The translations under genes and the position numbers were made by a program. A stretch of DNA of 48,029 nt from Synergistaceae bacterium (GTDB lineage: Bacteria > Synergistota > Synergistia > Synergistales > Aminobacteriaceae): assembly GCA_012519165.1 (NCBI GenBank), contig JAAYQT010000033.1:1-48029 (forward strand), written 5' to 3'. Within the stretch, counting starts at the first letter, position 1; every line of letters starts with the position of its first letter. This document shows positions 39,918-48,029 of this stretch, one piece after another. Under the pieces are notes generated by a model that saw nothing but the letters and a program-made list of their open reading frames with translations, was not told the origin of the DNA and searched no databases.

Positions 39918-40011
39918 TTATGGCGCCTCCTTTATTTTTTTCAGAGCTTTGCGGACCTCAGGATCCGTTTTTTCAAGGACCAGGGGTAAACCACCGATAA
40001 GATACATAAAG

Positions 40012-40027
40012 CTTTAGCTAGTTAAAA
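40012..40027. promoter_or_regulatory. Putative YerC/HisR operator
   Basis: Imperfect palindrome CTTTAGCTAGTTAAAA, downstream of the yerC promoter. Confidence 0.45.
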
Positions 40028-40051
40028 TAGTCATGATTGAGTCATTTTCGC

Positions 40052-40080
40052 AGTTTAGCATGGTGGCGCAGTTAAGTCAA
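40052..40080 (-). promoter_or_regulatory. Sigma70 promoter for yerC
   Basis: Minus strand TTGACT-17 nt-TAAACT with an extended TG. Confidence 0.7.
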
Positions 40081-40174
40081 ATTGAACGTCCTTTTCAGTA
40101 ATCAAGCGGGAAAAGGCGCAATATATGATTGCCTGCTGGGTCGCGCACATGAGTTTTTTGCGGAGGCGGTAGAA

Positions 40175-41410
40175 TTGGACTCAATAAAATTCGTACCTGT
40201 TGAGCTGCTTCTGAACGAAGAAGGCGTAATAGCGGGGGACGTGGCAACATCTTCTTCAACGCTGCTCCTGCCGTCAGGGCTTCCCATAAGCGCTCTCAGG
40301 GAGACTCATCCCGGCGTGGTGGAGCTTCTTAAGACCCACGGAATAACGAAGGTGCCCGTAAAAAAGTCGCCCTTCATTACCATGGAGGAGTTCAGGGGGC
40401 TTCTCGACAGGGTGCGGCCTCCCCTCTCCCTTCTTAACCCGCTGGTAACAAGAGTGGCGGCTCACCAGATGGAGGCCGTATACAAAAACATACGGAGCAG
40501 GCAGGTCAGGGAAAAAGGAATCAGGTCCCTGGCGCTGCTGGGTGAGGCTCTTTGCCGCCACATAAGAAAAAAACCCCAGATCACCCTCTCCCTCGGCGAG
40601 GAGGAAGGGTGGAGGGAAAGCCCCTTTATTCACGGAGTCAACACATCCCTTCTGGCGGGGTATATTGCCGCGGGTTTTTCGCCTCCCTGGCCTGAATTTG
40701 TGGAGGCAATGACCATTGCGGGCCTTCTTCACGATATAGGTAAATCCTTTTTAACGCCTTTCTCCCGGCCCTCCGCAAAAGAAAAAAGACAAAGAGCCGA
40801 AGACGACCGAGGAATGAGGACTCACCCTATACTGGGAGAGGCTATGTTAAGAGACGCGGGAATAAACAAGCCTTACATCCTGTCGGCGGTTCGGTCTCAT
40901 CACGAATCCTGGGACGGCTCGGGGTACCCCGACGGCCTGGCCGGGGAGGCCATACCCATGGGAGGAAGGGTCCTCGCCGTTGCAAATTTCTTTGAAAACC
41001 TTCTGTCCAGCACCGCCTCGCCTGATAAAAAGAGGAGCGACCAGGCGGTGTCCTCCCTTCTTGCCTCAGCCAACGGCCGTTTCGACAAGTTAGTCGTCAG
41101 GGTGCTTCTTGCATCTGTAGGACTATTTCCTCCGGGTTCGGTGGTGGAGCTGTCCGACGAAAGAGTAGGGGTAGTTCTTGAATCCAGGGACAGAGACCTT
41201 ATGAGGCCAAATATTCTGCTGATTACAGGGAAGGAAAGCCGAAAGGACGAGCCCCCGACGGTAATCGACCTGAAAAAATCGGGGCCGCTGTTTATCCGCA
41301 AAGTATACGACGACTATGGAAAGATGAAAGTAGTTCCCCTGGACAAGGACGAGAGGCCCAGCGTTCTGTTCCGGAAATACCGGGCGCCCCGTTCCATGGA
41401 CTCCCGGTAA
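40175..41410 (+). CDS. HD-GYP domain protein (degenerate)
   Basis: LLHDIGK, HPILG, HHESWDGSGYPDGLAGEAIP, PPGSVVELSD tail. TTG at 40175 after GGAGG. Confidence 0.88.
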   Translation: MDSIKFVPVELLLNEEGVIAGDVATSSSTLLLPSGLPISALRETHPGVVELLKTHGITKVPVKKSPFITMEEFRGLLDRVRPPLSLLNPLVTRVAAHQMEAVYKNIRSRQVREKGIRSLALLGEALCRHIRKKPQITLSLGEEEGWRESPFIHGVNTSLLAGYIAAGFSPPWPEFVEAMTIAGLLHDIGKSFLTPFSRPSAKEKRQRAEDDRGMRTHPILGEAMLRDAGINKPYILSAVRSHHESWDGSGYPDGLAGEAIPMGGRVLAVANFFENLLSSTASPDKKRSDQAVSSLLASANGRFDKLVVRVLLASVGLFPPGSVVELSDERVGVVLESRDRDLMRPNILLITGKESRKDEPPTVIDLKKSGPLFIRKVYDDYGKMKVVPLDKDERPSVLFRKYRAPRSMDSR

Positions 41411-41454
41411 TTAAGACGGAATTTTTCATCTTCATGAAAAGGGGCCTCCCGCTA

Positions 41455-41483
41455 TTGACTTGCCGCACCCGGACGACTATAAT
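41455..41483 (+). promoter_or_regulatory. Sigma70 promoter of tRNA cluster
   Basis: TTGACT-17 nt-TATAAT. Confidence 0.88.
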
Positions 41484-41495
41484 GCTTCAGTGCTG

Positions 41496-41582
41496 GCCGG
41501 GCTGGCGGAAAGGGTAGACGCACGGGACTTAAAATCCTGTGGACGAAGGTCCGTGCGGGTTCGAGTCCCGCGTCCGGCACCA
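41496..41582 (+). tRNA. tRNA-Leu(TAA)
   Basis: GCCGGGC acceptor stem, CGGGA-CT-TAA-AA-TCCTG anticodon arm, long variable arm, GGTTCGAGTCC, CCA. Confidence 0.96.
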
Positions 41583-41593
41583 GGAGATTATAT

Positions 41594-41670
41594 CGCGGGG
41601 TGGAGCAGTCAGGAAGCTCGTCGGGCTCATAACCCGAAGGTCGCAGGTTCGAATCCTGCCCCCGCAACCA
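41594..41670 (+). tRNA. Initiator tRNA-fMet(CAT)
   Basis: C1:A72 mismatch, three consecutive G-C pairs in the anticodon stem (GGG-CTCATAA-CCC), CCA. Confidence 0.96.
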
Positions 41671-41675
41671 TTTCA

Positions 41676-41752
41676 GGCGGTGTAGCTCAGATGGCTAGAG
41701 CATGCGGTTCATACCCGCAGTGTCACTGGTTCGATTCCAGTCACCGCCACCA
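41676..41752 (+). tRNA. Elongator tRNA-Met(CAT)
   Basis: GGCGGTG acceptor stem and TGCGG-TTCATAC-CCGCA arm match the Bacillota-type elongator Met pattern; CCA encoded. Confidence 0.9.
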
Positions 41753-41764
41753 AATAGCGAGTTG

Positions 41765-41794
41765 AAAAGGCGGAGAAAACCTCCGTCTTTTTTT
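41765..41794 (+). terminator. Intrinsic terminator after tRNA cluster
   Basis: AAAAGGCGGAG-AAAAC-CTCCGTCTTTTTTT. Confidence 0.8.
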
Positions 41795-41809
41795 GCGTCA
41801 GGTGAAAAA

Positions 41810-43210
41810 ATGGAAAGCATCAGAGAACAAGATCGGTCAATCATTCCACTGGAGTATTCTTTACCCCGCCTGAGGAAAAAATTTCTGGAGACCGGAGAGT
41901 CTCAGGGTTGGCTCTATACGGACGCGCCCATTGTGCTGGCCGTCTCAGGCGGCTCCGACTCCGTGGCCATGCTATGGTTTTTCTCCGTATTCAGGCCTGA
42001 AAATATTGTGGCTGCGCACCTCGACCACGGAATAAGAGGAGAGGAAGCCAGGGAGGACGCCCGTTTTACTGCGGAGCTGGCCCGGAAGCTCGGGGTACGA
42101 TTTGTCTCAAAATCCCTCCCCGTCCCTGAAATGCTGAAAAAGGGCGAATCCCTGGAGGACGGCGCAAGAAGAATCCGCTACTCCTTTCTTGAGGAAGTCA
42201 GAAAAAACCTGGGGGCGCGGGGCATAGGGGTCGCCCACACCAGCGACGACTCGGCGGAGACTTTCATCCATAACCTTTTCAGGGGATCGGGGGTCAGGGG
42301 ACTTGCCGGCATCCCCCCAAAAAGAGGATATATCTTCCGGCCCATGCTGGGCTGGTCAAGGCAATTTCTGAGGGACCTCCTCATTCTTCGGGGAATCCCG
42401 TGGCGGGATGATTCTACCAACGAAGATACTTCCCATATGAGAAACAGGATCCGGAACATCGTCATCCCCCTTGTGGAAAGGGAGATAAACAGTTCAGCCC
42501 GCGCCCATGTCCTGGGGGTTGCGGAAGATATAGCCTGGTATAGAAAAAAGGAAGAAGAAGCGGGGGAAGACCTTGTCAGGGCATGCGCAGTCTCGCTGCC
42601 TTTCTGCTCTTACGCCTGCTCCTCCTCCTTTTTGAAGGGGTTGGACGAGGGCGGCGGGGCTCTTTTTATCCGGGCTGCAGGCAGGGCCCTGGGATTGAAA
42701 ACCCTGTCCCGGGAGAGAACCGAAAGCCTTCGGCGTCTGTTTCATACGAACGGCTTCTGGTGCTTTCAGTGGCAGCGGGATATGTTTGTTTTCGGTTCTT
42801 CACCCTTTGTTACATGGGTGGACCCTGCTATACTAAACGGGCCGGAATCACGGGCCGCAACCCTTGCCCTTGAAGGCGGACAGGGTGAGTTTTCCTGGAA
42901 CGGATGGACTTTCTCCTGGAAAAAGACGCGGGGGGAGGCCTGTTACGGAGGGTGGATGAGGGCTGTAATTCCCCTTGACGAGAAACTCGAAATTCTCCCC
43001 CTTTCCTGCCTGGACGCCGCTGAAAGGCCTAAGGCGCCCTCGTGGGGACGGGACGTTTTCCCTGTGCTAAGCTCCGGCTCTTTCAGATGGGTTCCCTTCT
43101 GGGGGAGGCGGGCAGCCGTGTCTTTTGAAGAAAGGCGAAGGGAGGCCCTTTGCGTTACTGCGGGGTTTCCTAAAATATCCTGTGAAAAGGGGAAAGAGAA
43201 TGAACTTTAA
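41810..43210 (+). CDS. tilS: tRNA(Ile)-lysidine synthase
   Basis: AVSGGSDS PP-loop, HLDHGIR, ARRIRY, AHTSDD.AET, RNRIR. ATG at 41810 after AGGTGA. Confidence 0.93.
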   Translation: MESIREQDRSIIPLEYSLPRLRKKFLETGESQGWLYTDAPIVLAVSGGSDSVAMLWFFSVFRPENIVAAHLDHGIRGEEAREDARFTAELARKLGVRFVSKSLPVPEMLKKGESLEDGARRIRYSFLEEVRKNLGARGIGVAHTSDDSAETFIHNLFRGSGVRGLAGIPPKRGYIFRPMLGWSRQFLRDLLILRGIPWRDDSTNEDTSHMRNRIRNIVIPLVEREINSSARAHVLGVAEDIAWYRKKEEEAGEDLVRACAVSLPFCSYACSSSFLKGLDEGGGALFIRAAGRALGLKTLSRERTESLRRLFHTNGFWCFQWQRDMFVFGSSPFVTWVDPAILNGPESRAATLALEGGQGEFSWNGWTFSWKKTRGEACYGGWMRAVIPLDEKLEILPLSCLDAAERPKAPSWGRDVFPVLSSGSFRWVPFWGRRAAVSFEERRREALCVTAGFPKISCEKGKENEL

Positions 43211-43742
43211 GCTTTCGGGCGAGCTCATAACCAGCGATGAAATACAAAAAAGGGTCGCTGAACTAGGAGAAGAAATAGGCAGGGACTACTGCGGGAAGGA
43301 CCTGGTGGTGGTTGGAATTTTAAAGGGCGCCATAATTTTCATGGCGTATCTGGTCAGGCATATCCCCCCTACCGTAAATGCTACCCTTGACTTTATGGCT
43401 GTGTCGTCTTACGGTGATTCCACAAAGACCAACGGCATTGTGAAAATCGTCAAAGACCTTGACGGAAGCGTCAAGGATAAAAATGTGCTGGTGGTAGAGG
43501 ATATAGTTGACACCGGCCTCACTTTGTCCTACCTTCTAAAGCTGATGCAGGAAAGGCAGCCGGAGAGCGTCAGGGTATGCGCCCTTCTGGACAAGGAAGA
43601 GAGGAGAAAGGTCCCTGTGGACGTGACCTACAGAGGCTTCCTGATTCCTGACAAGTTTGTGGTGGGCTACGGCCTTGACTACGCCGGGAAATGGAGAAAT
43701 CTCCCCGCAGTCCACTATGTGGAACAGCAGAGGGAGCAATAA
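43200..43742 (+). CDS. hpt: Hypoxanthine phosphoribosyltransferase
   Basis: GILKGA, VSSY, VVEDIVDTGLT, FVVGYGLDY. Confidence 0.96.
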   Translation: MNFKLSGELITSDEIQKRVAELGEEIGRDYCGKDLVVVGILKGAIIFMAYLVRHIPPTVNATLDFMAVSSYGDSTKTNGIVKIVKDLDGSVKDKNVLVVEDIVDTGLTLSYLLKLMQERQPESVRVCALLDKEERRKVPVDVTYRGFLIPDKFVVGYGLDYAGKWRNLPAVHYVEQQREQ

Positions 43743-43790
43743 TACAAAGGGCGTCCGCGCCTTAAAATTAAGTCAGGAGGCGGCAATATT

Positions 43791-45776
43791 TTGGGCCGGT
43801 TAGTTAAAAATCTTGGATTGTACCTAATACTCATAGTGCTTGTCGTTAGCCTTGTAAACGTCTTCCTGTCCCCCGTCCAGAACGCCCGGGAACCGCAGGA
43901 AGTGGGCTATAGCGACTTTCTGGCCGATGTGGATTCGGGCAAGGTTTCCTCGGTTACTATCCTGGAAAACTCCATTAGAGGGAGTTTTACCGACGGCAGG
44001 GAGTTTGTATCCTATGTCGTCGGGGTTGGCGACCTTGCAAACGAAGTGGCCAGAAAGGGCGTAAAGGTAAAGGTGGAGCCTCCGCAGAGGACGCCCTGGT
44101 GGGCGAATATGCTCTCCTCTCTATTCCCCACCCTTTTGCTGATAGGCGTATGGATTTTCTTCCTTTACAACATGCAGGGCGGCGGCGGCAAGGTGATGAA
44201 TTTCGCAAAGAGCAAGGCAAAGCTCTTTTTGGACAACCGTCCGAAGGTAACCTTCAAGGATGTGGCGGGCTGCGAGGAATCAAAGGAAGAGTTATCCGAG
44301 GTTGTCTACTACCTTAAGGATCCGGACAAGTTCACGGCCCTCGGCGCCAAGGTGCCCAGGGGGGTTCTTCTGCTGGGCCCTCCGGGCACGGGAAAGACGC
44401 TCCTGGCCAGGGCCGCCGCAGGAGAAGCGGACGTGCCTTTCTTCAGCGTAAGCGGTTCCGACTTTGTTGAGATGTTCGTAGGCGTGGGCGCCGCACGGGT
44501 TCGCGATCTCTTCGAACAGGCCCGCAAGTATCAGCCCTGCGTAATCTTCATCGACGAAATGGACGCAGTGGGAAGGCAGAGGGGGGCGGGCCTCGGCGGA
44601 GGGCACGACGAAAGGGAGCAAACCCTGAACCAGCTTCTGGTGGAGCTGGACGGCTTTGACGAGTCTACCGGCATAATACTGCTTGCGGCCACCAACAGGC
44701 CCGACATCCTCGACCCGGCTCTTCTCCGTCCCGGCAGGTTTGACAGGCACATTGTGGTGGACCGGCCGGACGTAAAGGGCAGGGAGGCTATCCTGGAGGT
44801 TCACACCAAGGGCAAGAAGCTTGCCGGAGACGTAAACCTGGGAATTCTGGCAAGGAGGACCCCGGGTTTCGTGGGGGCCGACCTGGCCAACCTTGTAAAC
44901 GAGGCGGCCCTTCTCTCCGCCAGGATGGGGGAAAAGGAGATCACCATGAAGAACTTCGAGGAGGGCATCGACAGGGTGATCGCCGGTCCCGAGCGGAAGA
45001 GCAGGCTGATAAGCGATAAAGAGAAAAAAATCATCGCTTACCACGAGGCGGGGCACGCCCTGGTGGCAAAGCTCATCCCCGGCTGCGACCCCGTTCACAA
45101 GATCTCCATCATTCCCAGGGGTCACATGGCCCTGGGCTACACCCTGCAGCTTCCCGAGGAAGACCGATTCCTCATGTCCCGGTCGGAGCTTTACGACAAG
45201 ATTTGCGTGCTCTTCGGCGGCAGGGTGGCCGAGGAGATCCAGTTTGGCGACGTCACCACCGGCGCGGGCAACGACCTTGAGCGGGCGACTCATATTGCCA
45301 GGCAGATGGTAACCGAGTTCGGAATGAGCGAAAAGCTAGGCCTTGTAAAACTCGGCCACAAGCACCAGGAGGTCTTCCTGGGCAGGGATATAGGCGAATC
45401 AAGGAATTACAGCGAAGAAGTGGCCTATACCATCGACCAGGAAGTTAAAAAAATAATCGACTCCTGCTACAACCGGGTTCACCAGCTGCTGGTGGAGAAC
45501 TCCGGCGATATGCACAAGATCGCGGAGACCCTGCTGGAAAAAGAAGTCATCGAAGGCAGGGAACTTTCCCTCCTTCTGGGCATGGAGGTGGAGGAGGAAG
45601 AGACCCCCGCCCCCGCCGCCGCTCCCGCAGAGGAGACCCTTGTGGAAGAAGCGCCCTCCGGCGAGGAAGAACTTCCGCCGAACGAGGGCGCAGCAGCAGA
45701 AAGCAGCCTCTCCGGCGAGGGGCAGGAAAAAGAAGGCCGCCCCCGGATTGAAAAGGAAGAGCTGCCTGAAACGTAG
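43791..45776 (+). CDS. ftsH: ATP-dependent zinc metalloprotease FtsH
   Basis: Two TM helices, [17 protein letters not shown] motif ([19 protein letters not shown]), HEAGH. Confidence 0.97.
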   Translation: MGRLVKNLGLYLILIVLVVSLVNVFLSPVQNAREPQEVGYSDFLADVDSGKVSSVTILENSIRGSFTDGREFVSYVVGVGDLANEVARKGVKVKVEPPQRTPWWANMLSSLFPTLLLIGVWIFFLYNMQGGGGKVMNFAKSKAKLFLDNRPKVTFKDVAGCEESKEELSEVVYYLKDPDKFTALGAKVPRGVLLLGPPGTGKTLLARAAAGEADVPFFSVSGSDFVEMFVGVGAARVRDLFEQARKYQPCVIFIDEMDAVGRQRGAGLGGGHDEREQTLNQLLVELDGFDESTGIILLAATNRPDILDPALLRPGRFDRHIVVDRPDVKGREAILEVHTKGKKLAGDVNLGILARRTPGFVGADLANLVNEAALLSARMGEKEITMKNFEEGIDRVIAGPERKSRLISDKEKKIIAYHEAGHALVAKLIPGCDPVHKISIIPRGHMALGYTLQLPEEDRFLMSRSELYDKICVLFGGRVAEEIQFGDVTTGAGNDLERATHIARQMVTEFGMSEKLGLVKLGHKHQEVFLGRDIGESRNYSEEVAYTIDQEVKKIIDSCYNRVHQLLVENSGDMHKIAETLLEKEVIEGRELSLLLGMEVEEEETPAPAAAPAEETLVEEAPSGEEELPPNEGAAAESSLSGEGQEKEGRPRIEKEELPET

Positions 45777-45798
45777 AACCAGACAGAATAAACGACGA

Positions 45799-45829
45799 GG
45801 AGCCGGGATTATTCCCGGTTCCATTTTTC
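45799..45829 (+). terminator. Intrinsic terminator after ftsH
   Basis: GGAGCCGGGA-TTAT-TCCCGGTTCC-ATTTTTC. Confidence 0.7.
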
Positions 45830-45863
45830 TGTTTTCAAAAAAGACAGGAAGGGAGGCGTCGCC

Positions 45864-47903
45864 ATGAAAATATCCGAAAAAAAATTTGACCTGGTCTCTC
45901 CATGGCCGCCTTCAGGCGACCAGCCGGAGGCCATCGAAAGGCTTTCCGCCGGAATAGAGGAAAATCTGCGCTTCCAGACCCTGCTCGGGGTTACGGGGAG
46001 CGGCAAAACCTTTACCATTGCCAACGTGGCGGCAAGGGCGGGCAGACCCGTTCTGGTCCTGGCCCACAACAAGACCCTGGCTGCCCAGCTTTACAGCGAA
46101 TTCAAGGGTTTTTTCCCCAATAACGCCGTCCACTACTTCGTAAGCTACTACGACTACTACCAGCCGGAGGCCTACGTGCCCGCCACGGACACATATATTG
46201 AGAAGGACGCGTCGGTCAACGACAGGATTGAGCGGCTCCGGCTGGCCGCCACCAAGGCCCTGATCGAGCGCCGGGACGTGATTGTAGTGGCAAGCGTCTC
46301 CTGCATCTACGGCCTGGGCAGAAAGGAGACCTACGAGAGGGTCATCTTTCCCTTTGCAGTGGGAGAACAGTGGGAGCGGCGGACCTTCATGGAAAAGCTC
46401 CTGGAGAACTACTACGAAAGAAACGACCTGGTTATGACCCAGGGTACCTTCAGGGCCAGGGGGGACATCATCGAAATTTTTCCCGCCTACGGTGATACGG
46501 CCCTGCGCGTATGCTTCTTTGACGACGAAATTGAGCGGATCGACGAGTTCGACCCCATATCGGGCAGGGTGAAGGTAAATCTGGACCGGGCCTCGGTCTA
46601 CCCGGCCCAGCACTACGTTACCGACACGGGCGCCATTGACCGGTCCATCGAGCCCATCAAACAGGAGATGGAGGAGGAAGCGGCCCGGTTCGAGAGCCGG
46701 GGCAAGTTCTTGGAGGCCCAGCGGATAAGGATGAGGACCCTTTACGACCTTGAAATGCTTATGGAGACCGGCTACTGCTCGGGCATAGAAAACTACTCCC
46801 GGTACCTTGACGGCAGGGCGCCCGGCGAGCCTCCCGGCACGCTGCTGGACTTCTTTCCCGATGACTTCCTTATGGTCGTGGACGAATCCCACATAACCCT
46901 GCCCCAGGTGAGAGGCATGTTCAACGGCGACCGGTCAAGAAAACTTACCCTGGCCGAGAACGGCTTCCGCCTGCCCTCCTGCCTGGACAACAGGCCCCTG
47001 AACTGGGATGAGTTTGAAAAGTACATGAAGCAGGCCGTCTTTGTAACCGCCACCCCGGGGGACTACGAGCTCTCCGTCTCCGGGAAGGTGGTGGAACAGG
47101 TCATCCGGCCCACCGGCGTCCTGGACCCGGAGGTGGAAATTCTGCCCGCCATCGGACAGGTGGACGACCTCATCGGCCGCCTCAGGAACCTGGGCGAAAA
47201 GGGAGAGCGGGCCATAATTACCACCCTCACCAAGAAGTCGTCGGAGGATCTGGCGGAGTATCTTGCGGATCTCCATTTTAAAGTAAAATATATCCACTCG
47301 GAGCTGAACGCCTTCGAAAGGGCGGACCTCATCCGGGAGCTTCGCAACGGCGAAATTTCCGTGCTGGTGGGAATCAATCTCCTCAGGGAGGGAATGGACC
47401 TTCCCGAAGTCTCCCTGGTGGCCATCCTTGACGCGGACCGGGAGGGGTTCCTCAGATCCGAACGGTCCCTCATACAGATGATGGGCCGCGCCGCCCGCAA
47501 CATCTCGGGCAAGGTTATACTCTACGCCGACGAGCAGACCGACAGTATAAAAAATGCCGTTTCGGAGACGTCCAGGAGGCGGCGCCTCCAGATGAAGTAT
47601 AACGAGGAGCACGGGATAACCCCCGAATCCATAAAGAAGGACGTCATTCACCTTCTGCCCGAGGAACTCATACCGACGGGCGATGCCGTCTACCTGCGCA
47701 AGAAGGAAAAAGACTCCCCGGAGGGCGCATCCCCTGCCGAGCTTGAAAGAATGATGTGGCAAGCGGTGGAGAAGCTGGATTTTGAAAAGGCGGCCGCCCT
47801 CAGGGATGCGATCGCCGCACTGGAAGGGAAGGAATGGAACCGTGTTGCAAACGATTCAAATAAAAGGGGCAAGAGAGCACAACCTAAAAAATATAGACGT
47901 TGA
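45864..47903 (+). CDS. uvrB: Excinuclease ABC subunit B
   Basis: [41 protein letters not shown]-terminal UVR motif ([11 protein letters not shown]). Confidence 0.97.
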   Translation: MKISEKKFDLVSPWPPSGDQPEAIERLSAGIEENLRFQTLLGVTGSGKTFTIANVAARAGRPVLVLAHNKTLAAQLYSEFKGFFPNNAVHYFVSYYDYYQPEAYVPATDTYIEKDASVNDRIERLRLAATKALIERRDVIVVASVSCIYGLGRKETYERVIFPFAVGEQWERRTFMEKLLENYYERNDLVMTQGTFRARGDIIEIFPAYGDTALRVCFFDDEIERIDEFDPISGRVKVNLDRASVYPAQHYVTDTGAIDRSIEPIKQEMEEEAARFESRGKFLEAQRIRMRTLYDLEMLMETGYCSGIENYSRYLDGRAPGEPPGTLLDFFPDDFLMVVDESHITLPQVRGMFNGDRSRKLTLAENGFRLPSCLDNRPLNWDEFEKYMKQAVFVTATPGDYELSVSGKVVEQVIRPTGVLDPEVEILPAIGQVDDLIGRLRNLGEKGERAIITTLTKKSSEDLAEYLADLHFKVKYIHSELNAFERADLIRELRNGEISVLVGINLLREGMDLPEVSLVAILDADREGFLRSERSLIQMMGRAARNISGKVILYADEQTDSIKNAVSETSRRRRLQMKYNEEHGITPESIKKDVIHLLPEELIPTGDAVYLRKKEKDSPEGASPAELERMMWQAVEKLDFEKAAALRDAIAALEGKEWNRVANDSNKRGKRAQPKKYRR

Positions 47904-48029
47904 CATCCCGAAGAACAAACTGGTGGTAATAACGGGTCCTTCGGGGTCGGGCAAGTCGTCCCTGGCCTTCGACACCCTCTACGCCGAGGGGCAGAGGCGT
48001 TACGTGGAATCCCTCTCCGTCTACGCCAG
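47842..48029 (+). CDS. uvrA: Excinuclease ABC subunit A, 3'-truncated by window edge
   Basis: Not in the ORF track. GTG/TTG start then [57 protein letters not shown]. Confidence 0.95.
   Translation, partial: MLQTIQIKGAREHNLKNIDVDIPKNKLVVITGPSGSGKSSLAFDTLYAEGQRRYVESLSVYA

Noticed and set aside
41676-41752. CAT tRNA next to tilS as tRNA-Ile2
   Set aside because: The acceptor stem GGCGGTG and loop TTCATAC match elongator tRNA-Met, not Ile2.
41496-41800. tRNA genes as integration sites for an island or prophage
   Set aside because: No duplicated tRNA 3' end, integrase or compositional shift; the flanks are core genes.
45777-45863. LexA/SOS box upstream of uvrBA
   Set aside because: No GAAC-N4-GTTC or CTGT-N8-ACAG match is visible.

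Overview
A GC-rich, densely coding core-chromosome segment from an anaerobic bacterium. The Firmicutes-like gene order (tmcAL/ackA-yceD-rpmF-fapR-plsX-fab; tmk-yaaR-holB-ricT; tilS-hpt-ftsH) and overall protein style suggest Synergistota, but this is inference only. Contents in order: partial priA, der, HU, rsmA, tRNA-Pro, PFOR, trmB-rsmD-coaD, tmcAL, the ackA-to-fab/acpP/rnc cluster, an orphan solute-binding-protein-like gene, birA, frameshifted prfB, an S55 peptidase, tmk-yaaR-holB-ricT-ftsY, two uncharacterised genes, purB, glpX, hypF, cobO, a LonC-type protease, nth, yerC/HisR-like, HD-GYP, tRNA-Leu/fMet/Met, tilS-hpt-ftsH, uvrB and partial uvrA. I found no CRISPR array, IS, integrase or phage genes, and no evidence for a large new multi-gene system. 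The best leads are small-scale: a switch-like structured 5' leader on PFOR; a probable ATA start of tmcAL within face-to-face tmcAL/ackA promoters; a CBS/PAS-like protein with no output domain; a TroA-fold protein lacking metal ligands; apparently catalytically degenerate PriA and HD-GYP; and RNA-modification genes that seem to depend on readthrough of tRNA terminators. All family calls come from motif recognition by eye, not database searches.
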